In this document: piece after piece, positions 19,009-31,262 of the stretch | How positions within the stretch are numbered: the first letter of the stretch is position 1 | Layout of the letters: each line of letters begins with the position of its first letter | NCBI GenBank assembly: GCA_963663805.2 | Contig: CAXXMR010000013.1 | Location: 64,001-128,000 of the forward strand | Reading direction: 5' to 3' | Length of the DNA stretch: 64,000 nt | Source of the DNA: Sedimentisphaerales bacterium | GTDB taxonomy: Bacteria > Planctomycetota > Phycisphaerae > Sedimentisphaerales > SM23-30 | Notes under the pieces: model-generated | Seen by the model: only the letters and a program-made list of their open reading frames with translations | What the model was told of the DNA's origin: nothing | Databases searched by the model: none | Program-made: the position numbers and the translations under genes

Positions 19009-22000
19009 TTATTCAGTGATTCTTTTGATTACGAAGTCCAGTACCGTGGTGAGATTTGTCGAGGGTGCATCGGTGCTGTCGTAGTAAAGGCCAAACTCTA
19101 CGCCGTTATTGTCAGCGGTAACTTCGTCGCCGCGGATTTTGCCGAGGGTGCCGGCTCCGCTGGTCAGGGTATCGCCGGTCAGACCCAGGCTGTCGAAGAT
19201 ATAGCTGTCGATAACACCCGCGGCGAGATAGCTGTTATCCAGCCTGCCGCCAAATTTGATGCTCTGGATGTCGCCGGAATTCAGAGTGTCGGTGGCTTGG
19301 GCCGTGCCGTCCATGCCGATGTCAAAACCGCTCAGCAGTTGCGAATCGACAATATCGCCTTTAAGGGTTACTTTGTTGATGAGCGAGGCGGCACTGATCA
19401 GGGCAGTATCCAGATTGCGGCCGGAGATTTTGTCGATTTCCACGGCGCGGAGCGTGCCGGTGAGGTCCTTTTTGACGGACACTTTGCCAATATTACCCGC
19501 CGCCAGCAGCGAGCCGGACAGATTGCCGTTGACACTTACTTTTTCGATGTCGCCCTGAGTTGCCGTTATGACCGCGGCGAGTCGGCCATTGTCGATGTCA
19601 ATTTTTTCGATGGACGGTGTTGTCAGCGAACCGCCGTTGAAAGTCCGGGCCGATAGCGTATCGAGCGGTTGACTGATAGCGAAAATCGCGTCGCCGATGT
19701 CGTGGGCGGTAATGTCAACGGCGATGGTCGGCAGTTTGTAATAGGTTTTAATGCCGGTATAAATTGACGCACCGTTATAAATGTCATACAGTTCTATTTT
19801 GGCTATGTCATTAGCGATGTAGAGGTCGTAAGCTGATTGCGTCGTGTCGTCGATGAGGGAGGCTTCCGGGGCACTTATCGCTTTGAGAGGGCCGGCGACG
19901 TTGATGTTAGTGATAGTCGTAAGACCGCCTTTGACATTGATTTTGAGAGTGTCGCTGCTGGTGGTGCCGCTGACAGTCAGCTCCGCGATGTCCGCGCCGG
20001 AAAGTCCGCCGTTGGCAAGGAAGCCGACAGCTGAGCCGCCGGACAGCGAAACGATAACCCGGTCGCCGTCGGCGTCAATGAAACTGAAATTCTCGCCCGC
20101 GGCAATTTCAAATGAACGGCCCATGCTCTGACCGTCGATAGCGATGACAGGTGTTTCATTGATGTCATTCGAGTTTATCGTCAAAGTGGCGTCAATGGTC
20201 CCCGCGGCGCTGGGCTGATAGAGTGCGTACACGGTAGTTTCCCCGCCCGGAGCGATAGTAAATCCACTGCCGATACTGCTTGAGTCAGCCTGAACCAGGG
20301 TGAATTGAGAATCAGAAAACGTCCAGTCGGAAATAACCAGGTCGGTAGTTCCTTCATTGGTGATGTCGAAAGGCAGCAGGGCGGTTTGGCCGACCTGAAC
20401 GTTTCCATAAGCTTCGGTGAAATCAAGTTCGCTAAGCGAAACTTCGATATCAGGAGCGGAAACATTACCAATCACATCTATAGTTATGGTTTCCTGAGTA
20501 TTGGCGGTAATGGTTATCTGCCCCGGATAGCTGTCCAGGTCCAGCCCAGTGCTGTCAAAAGATACGTCGATATTCCGCTGGCCGCCGGGCAGGAGGCTAA
20601 AGGCTGAATCAGAAACAATAGAAAAATATTCACTGCCGGAAGTGACCGAGATGTCGGTTATTTGTAAATCAACACTGCCCATGCCTGTCAGGGCACTGAG
20701 GTTCCTGATGGTGAAATAGTCATAAGATTGCTGATTGCTGCCGATGGTGGGCAGCTGGATAGAATAATCCGTTTCTAACACGCCGGCGGAGTTGTAAATT
20801 GTAAAACCGGGGTAGGCGGACTGGGCCGTTAGTTTAAGAGTCTTGTTGCCGCCATTGGTGCTGAAAGTTAAATCCGAAGTGTATTCTGTCGCGGCGGTGC
20901 CCGTGAAGGTAACGTAATAGTATGCGCTTTCTCCGGCCTCGATGGTAAAGTCGCTGACCGGCAGAGAACTGTCGTCACGACCAAGCGAAAAGGCACTATT
21001 GCTTAATGACGCCGACGTGACCGTCATGGCCGTGTTGCCGGAATTGTATAGCTCGACGATTTCAGACTGAGAGGTCTGCCCGACGGGGTTCCAGCCGAAA
21101 TGCACGGTGCTGTCAGTTGTCGAGCCGGAGTTCTCACGTACGGTCAGCAGAGGTTCAACTCCGGTGCCGACAAGCTGAACTGAATAAGAACCCATGCCGT
21201 CATTGGTCTTGATAACGACCGTATCGATAAAATCCCCTTGCCACTCAGGATGTAAAGTTACCTGGACATAAGCAGGCGTGGCAGAACCAGCGGCGATGAT
21301 GGTATCGGTAAGGTCGGTTTCGGTGGAGATTTCAAAGCTGGAATTAGCATCCGCCAGGGCGATACTGTATATCTTGAGGTCGGTGCCGCTGCTGTTGTTC
21401 TGGAGGGCCAGCGTATAGGTGAAACTGTCCTGGCCCACGAGAACATCGCCAAAATCAACGTAATTATCATTGAAGCCCACCGGCAGGACTGAATTGCTGT
21501 AACTGGTTGTCGGGCCGGTGAACTCTATCGCGCTGTTGTAATAGTAGTTGGAGTCCGGGACAAAGGGCATGGTCATGGTGACTGTGTCGCCGGGGTCGAA
21601 GCTGCCGTCGGTGGGCGAATCGGTGATGATGTAACCCCTGTCCTGGGAAGGGTCAAAATCTATGTCGGTATAGGCTAAGGAAACATTACTGTTATTGACC
21701 AGAGTAACGGCCAGTGGGTCGGTGGCGGTTTCGGATGTTTCCAGAGATTGGAAGGACAGTAGTCCGCTGGCTTGGAAATCGGTTAGAGAGTTATCCAGTA
21801 TCACCAAATCGGCACCGCTGGTGGTGCCCGCCAGCCGGACGTATTTTTTGCTCCCGTTAGCACGGGTGATGGTCAGAGTGTCAGTAATCGCCGCGGTAGC
21901 GTCTGGCCCGAAACCTTGGGGCGTGAATCTGAGGTAGATTTTCTCCGATTGGCCCGGCAGCAGAATCAAATCGTCATCGCTGCTGGAAATGGAATTGACA

Positions 22001-22218
22001 TTGGTGGCGTTGATGGTGAAATTCGCCGAGCCAAGTTCCAGGCCGGTGATGGTCATCAGCGAGCTGGAGTCATTGGTCAGCTGAATCATGCCCGGATATG
22101 ATGTTTCGCCGATGGCTTTGTTCCCGAAGTTGAGATAGAGGTCAGTTTCGGAATTGATGGAATCAGTCACGACTAATGACAGCAATGTGCGTGTCTCGAG
22201 GCACTCCAGAGATAACAT
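19009..22218 (-). CDS. large extracellular protein with LEPRxLL-like N-terminus and repeated Ig-like (choice-of-anchor D-type) domains
   Basis: LECLETRTLLS; repeated DFG.V..G....F.I.N.G...L.I modules; Ser/Thr/Asp-rich; AAAGGG SD before ATG 22218. Confidence 0.75.
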   Translation of the reverse strand: MLSLECLETRTLLSLVVTDSINSETDLYLNFGNKAIGETSYPGMIQLTNDSSSLMTITGLELGSANFTINATNVNSISSSDDDLILLPGQSEKIYLRFTPQGFGPDATAAITDTLTITRANGSKKYVRLAGTTSGADLVILDNSLTDFQASGLLSFQSLETSETATDPLAVTLVNNSNVSLAYTDIDFDPSQDRGYIITDSPTDGSFDPGDTVTMTMPFVPDSNYYYNSAIEFTGPTTSYSNSVLPVGFNDNYVDFGDVLVGQDSFTYTLALQNNSSGTDLKIYSIALADANSSFEISTETDLTDTIIAAGSATPAYVQVTLHPEWQGDFIDTVVIKTNDGMGSYSVQLVGTGVEPLLTVRENSGSTTDSTVHFGWNPVGQTSQSEIVELYNSGNTAMTVTSASLSNSAFSLGRDDSSLPVSDFTIEAGESAYYYVTFTGTAATEYTSDLTFSTNGGNKTLKLTAQSAYPGFTIYNSAGVLETDYSIQLPTIGSNQQSYDYFTIRNLSALTGMGSVDLQITDISVTSGSEYFSIVSDSAFSLLPGGQRNIDVSFDSTGLDLDSYPGQITITANTQETITIDVIGNVSAPDIEVSLSELDFTEAYGNVQVGQTALLPFDITNEGTTDLVISDWTFSDSQFTLVQADSSSIGSGFTIAPGGETTVYALYQPSAAGTIDATLTINSNDINETPVIAIDGQSMGRSFEIAAGENFSFIDADGDRVIVSLSGGSAVGFLANGGLSGADIAELTVSGTTSSDTLKINVKGGLTTITNINVAGPLKAISAPEASLIDDTTQSAYDLYIANDIAKIELYDIYNGASIYTGIKTYYKLPTIAVDITAHDIGDAIFAISQPLDTLSARTFNGGSLTTPSIEKIDIDNGRLAAVITATQGDIEKVSVNGNLSGSLLAAGNIGKVSVKKDLTGTLRAVEIDKISGRNLDTALISAASLINKVTLKGDIVDSQLLSGFDIGMDGTAQATDTLNSGDIQSIKFGGRLDNSYLAAGVIDSYIFDSLGLTGDTLTSGAGTLGKIRGDEVTADNNGVEFGLYYDSTDAPSTNLTTVLDFVIKRITE

Positions 22219-22682
22219 CAGCAACCCTTTCTATGGGAAAATGAACCAGCCAATTCGGGTAAGCGGGGCCTTAATAACACTATTAACAGCCTTGGCAGGC
22301 CGCAGGGGGGGATGCCCGCACCCAATGAGCCAGCCCCGGTTTGATGTTATCATAACTTTAGATGTACCATTGTCAATGCCAAAACCCCGCCCCCAACGCC
22401 GTAAACAACCTCCCGCCCAACTGTCAGTATGATACGCACCAAAGTTGGGTCCATGTCATGCGGACAAGTCGCGTAATCTTGACAAATGTCAATGTTGGGC
22501 CGCCCAAAAACGGTTGCGTAAAAAACACGGCTCTGGTGCTAAATTATTGCCAGACAAGGAGTTGGCTTTCGATGTTTATGATACCCTTTAATTTTTCTTG
22601 CATTTGGGCGGAAAACTGGTACAATAGCGACACGTATGTTTGTGGCGTATTCTGAAAAGGAGGATAGCTGGATATCCTTTCC

Positions 22683-25565
22683 TTGCGCTTATCAATGGTT
22701 ATTTTATTGAGGAGAGGAAAAATTAAAACTTTAGTCACTATTTCAATTATTTTGTGTTTAGCCATATTCTGTACTCCGGTGTTAAGCGTCACCATCTACG
22801 TTGATGCCGATGCTCCAGGCATTAATAACGGCGCAAGCTGGGCCAATGCCTGCACTGATATGCAGTCTGCTTTGTCAGCGGCTGGCACCGGGGATGAAAT
22901 TCGCGTGGCCCAGGGCACCTATAAACCTACGGCAGGGGCGAGCCGTACCGTTTCATTTCAACTGAAAAATAATGTTAAACTTTACGGCGGCTACGCAGGT
23001 TTCGGTGAGCCGGACCCTGATGCACGCGATATAGAATTATATGAGACGATACTCTCGGCTGACATTGGGACTCCAAATGACAGCTCTGACAATTCCTACC
23101 ATGTTTTTTATCATCCCGCCGGAACCAATCTTGATGCCACGGCAATTCTTAATGGTTTTACCATAACTGCCGGCAACGCCGATGGGAGTATTGATAATCA
23201 TAACGGCGGCGGAATGTTCAATGAAGATTCCAGTCCGACCGTTACCAATTGCAACTTTACTGCCAACGCCGCAGATTCCTACGGGGGCGGAATATTCAAC
23301 GACTCCAGCAGTCCCGTGGTTGCCAATTGCACATTCACAGATAACACCGCAACGTTCGGCGGCGGCGGTATATTTAATGACAATTCTTCTGACCCGACCG
23401 TTAGCAACTGTGCATTCACAGATAACACCGTGTCATTCAATGGCGGCGGTATATACAATGACGAATATTCCAACCCAAATGTTATAGACTGTACTTTCAC
23501 CGGTAACAGCGGGGGCGGAATATACAACAGAGAATCATCCAGCTCATTGGTTGCAAATTGCAGTTTCACGGGGAACAGCCCATACGGAATGTTCAACCAG
23601 GCATCCTCCAGCCCCACGGTTAGCAACTGCATTTTCACCGGTAACGGTAGCTATGGAATAAAAAATTATGACTCCGCCAGTCCCGCGGTCACCAACTGTA
23701 CTTTCACGGGACACGTCAGCAGCGCAATGTCCAATTCCTCATCCAGCCCCGTGGTTACCAACTGCACATTCACTGATAACAGAGGCAGCGGTATAGAAAA
23801 CACCTCAACCAGCACCCCGACCATTACTAACTGTATAATCTGGAACAACTTTGGTTCGCAGGTGATAAATTTAGGTGGTGCGGTGCCCATCGTTACTTAT
23901 TGTAATGTTCAGGGTGGTTATGCCGGCACGGGAAACATCGACCAGGACCCCTTGTTCGCAAATCCCGGCGCTGATGATTATAATCTTCAGTTCAATTCGC
24001 CGTGTATCGACGCTGGCGATGATAGTTCTGTCCCGCCAGGTATTACAACTGATATTGAGGGCGGCGGTAGAATTTGCAATGCCGCTGTTGATATGGGAGC
24101 CCATGAGCAGAATATTGTTTTTGTCGACCAGGATGCACCCGGAAATAATAGCGGTGTGGACTGGTACAATGCCTACAACGATTTGCAGCAGGCTTTAATG
24201 ATGGCCTGGTACGGCGACCAGATTCGCATAGCCGGCGGTACATACAAACCCGGCACTGCCCGTACTGATGCGTTTCAACTGCTAAATACCGTTGGGCTCC
24301 ACGGCGGTTACGCAGGCTATGGCCAACCGGACCCCGATGCTTATGATGTTCAATTGTACCAAACCATTCTCAGTGCTGATATAGGAACCGCCGGGAATAA
24401 TTCTGATAACTGCTACCATGTCTTTTACCATCCCTCAGGCACCGACCTGGACTCAAGCGCTGTTCTTGATGGGGTTACTATAACCGCCGGTAATGCCAAC
24501 GGTCCATCTCCTGATTGCCACGGCGGGGGGATGTACAACTTCTCCTCCAGCCCCACCGTGACCAATTGCACTTTCACAGACAACACCGCAGGAACTTACG
24601 GCGGCGCTATGTACAATTGTGCGGTCAGCAGCCCCATAGTTACAAGCTGTACTTTTATTACCAACACGGCAACCTATGCTGGCGCCATGTACAACTCCGC
24701 ATCCAACCCAACTGTTATCGACTGTGAATTCACAGGTAACACCGCCGAAAACTACGGCGGCGCAATTTTTAATTTTGCCGCATCTATCCCAATTGTTATA
24801 AACTCCATATTCATAGATAACTCCGCAGCCAGAGGCGGGGGGATTTACAACAACTCCTCTGCCTCAACGGTGCTAAGCTCTAAATTTATGCATAATGCCG
24901 CGGAAAACAGCGGCGGCGGCATATATAATTCCATGAGCGACTCGACAATTACAAATTGCATTTTCAGTGCTAACTCTGCCGACAATACCGGCGGGGCGAT
25001 ATACAACTACTCCGCCAGCCCCACGGTTACCAACGCTGCATTTTCATACAATACCGCGGAAGGCGCCTGCGGCGGGATATACAACTACGGCTCGTCCAGC
25101 CCGGTCATTACAAACTGCATATTGTGGAACAATACTGACCCGCAGATAGACAATGACAATGGTTACGGTTTCCCGGTCGTTACTTATTCTAACATTGACC
25201 AGGACTACCCCGGAACCGGCAATATCAAAGCTTACCCTTATTTTGCCGATTTTAACGGACCCGACAACGTTATTGGCACAGAAGATGACAATTTGAGATT
25301 GCGGTATGATTCACCATGTATAGACGCCGGAAATAATTTTGCTTACCCCGCGGGGATAATGCCTGACTGCGATATGATGCCGAGAACTGTTGACGACCCC
25401 AAAACGGTTGATACGGGGCAATCCCTGCCTTCTTTCCCGGTCATTGATATGGGAGCCTATGAATATCAAGGCATAACACTTGAAGGCGATATAGATGGCG
25501 ATGGCGATGTGGATTTAACAGACTTCGCCCTGATGGCTAACAACTGGCTGGTGGGGACCAATTAA
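22683..25565 (+). CDS. secreted right-handed beta-helix repeat protein, two duplicated modules, C-terminal dockerin-like motif; start uncertain
   Basis: Many P.V.NC.F..N.A..GGG.YN repeats; IYVDADAPG/VFVDQDAPG duplication; GDIDGDGDVDLTDFALMANNWL. Confidence 0.85.
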   Translation: MRLSMVILLRRGKIKTLVTISIILCLAIFCTPVLSVTIYVDADAPGINNGASWANACTDMQSALSAAGTGDEIRVAQGTYKPTAGASRTVSFQLKNNVKLYGGYAGFGEPDPDARDIELYETILSADIGTPNDSSDNSYHVFYHPAGTNLDATAILNGFTITAGNADGSIDNHNGGGMFNEDSSPTVTNCNFTANAADSYGGGIFNDSSSPVVANCTFTDNTATFGGGGIFNDNSSDPTVSNCAFTDNTVSFNGGGIYNDEYSNPNVIDCTFTGNSGGGIYNRESSSSLVANCSFTGNSPYGMFNQASSSPTVSNCIFTGNGSYGIKNYDSASPAVTNCTFTGHVSSAMSNSSSSPVVTNCTFTDNRGSGIENTSTSTPTITNCIIWNNFGSQVINLGGAVPIVTYCNVQGGYAGTGNIDQDPLFANPGADDYNLQFNSPCIDAGDDSSVPPGITTDIEGGGRICNAAVDMGAHEQNIVFVDQDAPGNNSGVDWYNAYNDLQQALMMAWYGDQIRIAGGTYKPGTARTDAFQLLNTVGLHGGYAGYGQPDPDAYDVQLYQTILSADIGTAGNNSDNCYHVFYHPSGTDLDSSAVLDGVTITAGNANGPSPDCHGGGMYNFSSSPTVTNCTFTDNTAGTYGGAMYNCAVSSPIVTSCTFITNTATYAGAMYNSASNPTVIDCEFTGNTAENYGGAIFNFAASIPIVINSIFIDNSAARGGGIYNNSSASTVLSSKFMHNAAENSGGGIYNSMSDSTITNCIFSANSADNTGGAIYNYSASPTVTNAAFSYNTAEGACGGIYNYGSSSPVITNCILWNNTDPQIDNDNGYGFPVVTYSNIDQDYPGTGNIKAYPYFADFNGPDNVIGTEDDNLRLRYDSPCIDAGNNFAYPAGIMPDCDMMPRTVDDPKTVDTGQSLPSFPVIDMGAYEYQGITLEGDIDGDGDVDLTDFALMANNWLVGTN

Positions 25566-25939
25566 AGCCGTCATCAAGTCCGCACATAACCTCCGATAGA
25601 TTGCCATAAAAAATTCGCGTAAATCTGCTCCATTTACGCTTAAAAACCCGTTCTTTTTCGCCATTTTCTTGTTTTTTTCTTAAAAAACGTGAAAAAATCG
25701 TTAAAAATCGGTCGCTTCAGCCTGATTCGCGCTGAAAAATCAGATGCTTATCTGGACGTTGAAATTATGGACTTTGCCGCTTTTCAGTACTGGCAATCAG
25801 GGTTGCGAGGGTGTGAAATAATATTTTTCTAATGAAAAATCAAAAAAAGCTGGTTTCAGCCCTGATAAGCGGATATTTAAGTGCTTGAATATCAAGAAAA
25901 TATGAAAAAATAAAAAAAATTAAGAAAATTCTCATTTTT

Positions 25940-25969
25940 CTTTGGCTTTCTGGGCCAAAGGTCTATATT
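25940..25969 (+). promoter_or_regulatory. putative promoter of tRNA-Thr-tuf with overlapping inverted repeat
   Basis: TTGGCT-16-TATATT after A-tracts; CTTTGGC-N7-GCCAAAG. Confidence 0.45.
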
Positions 25970-26115
25970 TTATCTAATTCTACGACGCTTGGGGCTCGCG
26001 CCCGGTGAGCAGACAGCTTTCCGGGGGTGGTACCTATTGTGGGACCGCTGAGGCAGCGGTGTCGGCGGCCGGCGGCATGCGGCTGTAAGCTGTTGTTAGA
26101 GATGGTTTTAGCAGC

Positions 26116-26188
<73 letters not shown>

Positions 26189-26314
26189 TTGTAAAAAAGC
26201 GCCTGACTCGTGGTCAGGTAAGCGTAAAAATGCCATGGCCGAAACGGTTTTCGGTCCTGAGGCAGAAATACAGAAATACGAAAGTCTCCCAACTAGAACA
26301 GGAGGACATCCAAG

Positions 26315-27520
<1,206 letters not shown>

Positions 27521-27672
27521 TTGAGATAGCCGGTCTAACTGGTTATTTTGCGGTAGTTTATTAAAAAAGTTCCGGGGGCGGTCAGGTGCGTCAAGAAGAG
27601 ACGTAACCTGGTCGCCCCTCGCGGACCTTATATGGGTAGGCCCGTTTTGCGGGTTAATTCAGGAGCTGAACA

Positions 27673-27840
27673 ATGGCCAAAGGCGCCAAGCGTGAATATT
27701 TCTGGATGGAATGCAGCGAGTGCGGCGAGCGTAATTACCGTACTGAAGTCAATACGATGGGCGGCATTCCGAAGCTGGAATTGAAGAAATACTGCAAGCG
27801 TGAACGTAAACGTACGGTTCATAAGCTGCGTCGCAAATAG
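27673..27840 (+). CDS. rpmG: ribosomal protein bL33 (not in ORF track)
   Basis: MAKGAKREYFWMECSECGERNYRT...LELKKYCKRERKRTVHK; AGGAG SD. Confidence 0.92.
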   Translation: MAKGAKREYFWMECSECGERNYRTEVNTMGGIPKLELKKYCKRERKRTVHKLRRK

Positions 27841-27921
27841 GCTTTTTGGCGAGTTTGGGCCTGTAGAGGTTTTGAATTTTGTCGAGATGATGCCAAAGGC
27901 AGCCGTCGCAGGCTGTTGGAT

Positions 27922-27994
27922 AGGTGAGTAGCTCAATTGGCAGAGCGTCGGTCTCCAAAACCGAAGGTTGCGAGTTCGATTCCCGCCTCACCTG
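27922..27994 (+). tRNA. tRNA-Trp(CCA)
   Basis: Cloverleaf with tcggt-ctCCAaa-accga; canonical position before secE. Confidence 0.95.
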
Positions 27995-28054
27995 TTTGAG
28001 AGAAATTGAGGATGTTGTAAGATCGTCAATGTCGAGTTGACCGAGGAAAAACGT

Positions 28055-28468
28055 ATGAATTTGAATTTTTATAAGAAGGGTCAAGGTTATTATACTCGTT
28101 TGTGTACCGCTTTGGGCACAGGGATAATCTCGGCTCTGGGCTGCTATGCCCTTTATGACCAGTTGGGTGCGATAACTAGCCTTGACGCGGCAACTAAGAA
28201 CTGGGTTCAGGCGGGTGTTCCGTTCGTTTTTATGCTGGTTTTGGCCTGGCTTATTTTTAAGGCGCTGAATAAGCCGAGCATAGCTGATTTTATGATTTCG
28301 ACTGAAGGCGAGATGAAAAAGGTTTCGTGGTCGAGTCGGAAAGAGATAATCGCTTCTACGAAAGTGGTGATTGTGACTGTCATTTTAATGGCGTCTCTTC
28401 TGGCAGTTGTGGACTGGGGTTTTGCGTCGATATTCAAGAAAATCGGGATATTGAAGATGGCGGGCTGA
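28055..28468 (+). CDS. secE: preprotein translocase SecE (3-TM type)
   Basis: EMKKVSWSSRKE motif, synteny; alternative start 28037. Confidence 0.92.
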   Translation: MNLNFYKKGQGYYTRLCTALGTGIISALGCYALYDQLGAITSLDAATKNWVQAGVPFVFMLVLAWLIFKALNKPSIADFMISTEGEMKKVSWSSRKEIIASTKVVIVTVILMASLLAVVDWGFASIFKKIGILKMAG

Positions 28469-28550
28469 CGCCGCAGGTTCGGTGTCGATCTCTAGTAAGA
28501 TCCTGAGCCAAACGAGTAAAACAGGTTTATGACGGTCTTGATATAGAGTA

Positions 28551-29153
28551 GTGGCAATAAAGCCAACCAATAAGAAAGCGTGGGCAGGGTTAGTGACTGA
28601 GGAAGTCCAGAAAAAATGGTGTGTATTGCGGGTGGCCTCTAATCGTGAAGAGCAGGTCCGTGACACTCTGGTTCGCAAGGTTGAGATAGAAAATCTGAGC
28701 GAAGAGATTGGCCGGGTTCTGGTTCCGACAGAGAAAATCAAACGCGTACGCGGCGGTAACCAGCGAGTATACGAACGGAAGCTGTATCCAGGTTATGTTT
28801 TTGTAGAGATGGCTTTGGATGACAAAGGCGGGATTCGTGAAGGCGCGTGGTTTTTGATAAAGGAAACCACCGGGGTGGGTGATTTTATTGGTACGGAAGG
28901 CAAGCCTTCGCCGATGAGCGACGCTGACGTGGCGAAGATGCTTCATCAGGCTGAAGGTCCGGCAGAATCGCCGACGATACAGATGGAATTTCACAAAGGT
29001 GACCAAATCAAGGTTAAGGGCGGCAGCTTTGAAGGTTACGAAGGTGTTGTAGAAGATATTGACCAGGAAAAAGGTACGGTGCGGGTAATCGTGACGATTT
29101 TTGGTCGGGCGACTCCGCTGGATATTGAATACTGGCAGTTGGAAAAAGTATAG
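28551..29153 (+). CDS. nusG: transcription termination/antitermination factor NusG (start may be 28593)
   Basis: LYPGYVFVEM, KOW motif, IFGRATP. Confidence 0.95.
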   Translation: MAIKPTNKKAWAGLVTEEVQKKWCVLRVASNREEQVRDTLVRKVEIENLSEEIGRVLVPTEKIKRVRGGNQRVYERKLYPGYVFVEMALDDKGGIREGAWFLIKETTGVGDFIGTEGKPSPMSDADVAKMLHQAEGPAESPTIQMEFHKGDQIKVKGGSFEGYEGVVEDIDQEKGTVRVIVTIFGRATPLDIEYWQLEKV

Positions 29154-29253
29154 TTATAAATCAGAGTTCAGAAGTCAGGAATCAGCAGATTACGGCGAGG
29201 GGCGGGACGAATGCCGGTTTTTGTTGAGGCAGTAACAAACAGGAAAATAAGTC

Positions 29254-29679
29254 ATGGCAAAAGAAGTAACCGCAGTAATTAAGTTACAAGCTCCGGGCGG
29301 CAAGGCAACTCCGGCACCTCCGATAGGTCCGGCCCTGGGTCAGCACGGTGTAAATATCGGTCAGTTTGTATCTCAGTTCAATGAGCGTACCAAGGATCAG
29401 CCGGGTGTAATTACTCCGGTAGAGTTGACGGTATATGCTGACAAGAGCTTTGAGTTTGTGCTGAAAAGTCCTCCGGCTTCGGTTTTGCTGATGCAGGCGG
29501 CGGGCGTGGACAAGGGCAGCGGTGTGCCGAACAAGGAAAAAGTCGGCAAGGTTAGCAAAGCTCAGGTTGCGACCATCGCTCAGACGAAAATGAGTGACCT
29601 GAACGCTTTTAGCGTTGAGCAGGCGGCGCGTATTATCGAAGGTACAGCCCGCAGTATGGGTATTACTGTCGAAGGGTAA
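29254..29679 (+). CDS. rplK: ribosomal protein uL11
   Basis: [17 protein letters not shown]. Confidence 0.97.
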   Translation: MAKEVTAVIKLQAPGGKATPAPPIGPALGQHGVNIGQFVSQFNERTKDQPGVITPVELTVYADKSFEFVLKSPPASVLLMQAAGVDKGSGVPNKEKVGKVSKAQVATIAQTKMSDLNAFSVEQAARIIEGTARSMGITVEG

Positions 29680-29808
29680 GACAGATAACAGAAGTCAGAA
29701 ACCGGCGAGTCAGAAGAACCTGACAATCGGTTCTGAATTGGTGCATAAATTATAGAGCGGCAGACCACGGCCGGTGACAGTGGGAGCGAAGAATCGCGAG
29801 GTGAAATT

Positions 29809-30486
29809 ATGCGTAGACGCAGTAAGCGTTACAGTAAAGATTTCGGAAGTGCCGTAGAAGAGGCTATGCCTTTGTCGGAAGCGGTGGAGAAAATTAAAGG
29901 GTGGGCATCGACGAAGTTTGATCAGACTGTCGAATGTTGTGTACATCTGGGCATTGACCCCCGTCAGGCGGATCAGGCGATTCGTGGGGCGGTATCTCTG
30001 CCTAATGGTATCGGCAAGACTCTGCGGGTAATCGCTTTTTGTGAAGGTGAAGACGCCGAGGCAGCCCTGGCGGCTGGTGCTACCGAAGCAGCCGGCGAAG
30101 AGCTGGTCAAGAAAGTTGCCGGCGGCTGGCTGGATTTTGATGTAGCGGTTGCTCATCCGCGGATGATGGGCCAGGTCGGCAAATTAGGCCGGGTGCTTGG
30201 TCCGCAGGGCAAGATGCCTTCTCCGAAATCCGGGACGGTCACTCCGAAGGTTGCCGAAGCGGTAAAGGAATATGCCGCGGGCAAAGTTGAGTATCGTAAT
30301 GACAGCGGCGGCAATGTTCACGTTCCGGTGGGTAAAGTCAGTTTTGAGAGCCAGAAGCTGGTAGAAAATATTGAGTTTTTCATTGAGATAATTCGCAAGC
30401 TGAAACCGTCGGCGTCGAAGGGGACCTATATGAAGAAGGTCAGTCTTTCGGCGACGATGAGTCCGGGTGTTGAAGTTGCTCAGTGA
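29809..30486 (+). CDS. rplA: ribosomal protein uL1
   Basis: KFDQTVE, LGPQGKMPSPK. Confidence 0.97.
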   Translation: MRRRSKRYSKDFGSAVEEAMPLSEAVEKIKGWASTKFDQTVECCVHLGIDPRQADQAIRGAVSLPNGIGKTLRVIAFCEGEDAEAALAAGATEAAGEELVKKVAGGWLDFDVAVAHPRMMGQVGKLGRVLGPQGKMPSPKSGTVTPKVAEAVKEYAAGKVEYRNDSGGNVHVPVGKVSFESQKLVENIEFFIEIIRKLKPSASKGTYMKKVSLSATMSPGVEVAQ

Positions 30487-30573
30487 TAGCTTTGCTGGGT
30501 TACAGAGGTAACAAAACGGAAAATAATTTATCAGGAAAAGCCGAAAACCGGCATTTTGGAATAAGAGGCTGAT

Positions 30574-31099
30574 ATGAGTAAGAAAATCAAAGGTTTGATG
30601 CAGGGCGAGTTCAAGAATCGGTTTGAAGAAGTAACCGAATGCGTAGTGGTCTCGGTCCGGGGCGTCAGCGGAAACGACAATAATGAGATGCGGGGCGAGC
30701 TTTTGAGCAAAGGTATTCGTCTCAGTGTTGTGAAGAATTCGCTGGCTCGTCGGGCGTTTGAGGAAATGGGTCGGGGTGACATCAAGGATGTTTTGGAAGG
30801 TCCCTGCGCAATCGTATACGGGGGGCGACAGCGTAGTTGACGTTGCCAAGGAAATGGTTGAATGGGCCAAGAAGTTGGCGGCCTGTGAAGTCAAGGGTGC
30901 TTTCCTCGATGGTAAGGCCCTGGACGCGGCAGGTGCCCTTGAATTGTCCAAGATGCCGAATCGCGTGGAGCTTCAGGGTCAGATTGTCAACCTGGCGATG
31001 TCTCCGGGTGCGAAGGTTGTTGGGGCGATTACCGCTCCGGCGGGCGTTATCGCGGGCTGTTTGAAGGCGATTATCGAGAAGGGCGAAGACGCTGCGTAA
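30574..31099 (+). CDS. rplJ: ribosomal protein uL10, +1 frameshift at G6 run 30820-30825
   Basis: [10 protein letters not shown] in first [13 protein letters not shown] in second; synteny. Confidence 0.9.
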
Positions 31100-31143
31100 C
31101 GTCAGGCCTGAGGCCTGAGTGAACGGCCTGGTTTCGCTGGCGG
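31097..31143 (+). repeat. heptamer-repeat dispersed element, copy 4
   Basis: taacgtc aggcctg aggcctg agtgaacggcctggtttcg. Confidence 0.65.
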
Positions 31144-31262
31144 TAGAGTCGTACATGTATTTTAAATAGATTTTTTAACTACTGGTTGACTGTCCCTATG
31201 GGGTTAAACGGGAAGTGGTTTCCCGGCACTTGGCTGGTTCAGATTAGACAGGAGTTTTTATT

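Noticed and set aside
22225..22360. Riboswitch upstream of the Ig-repeat gene
   Set aside because: Some GC-rich pairing is possible, but no aptamer motif or expression platform was recognised.
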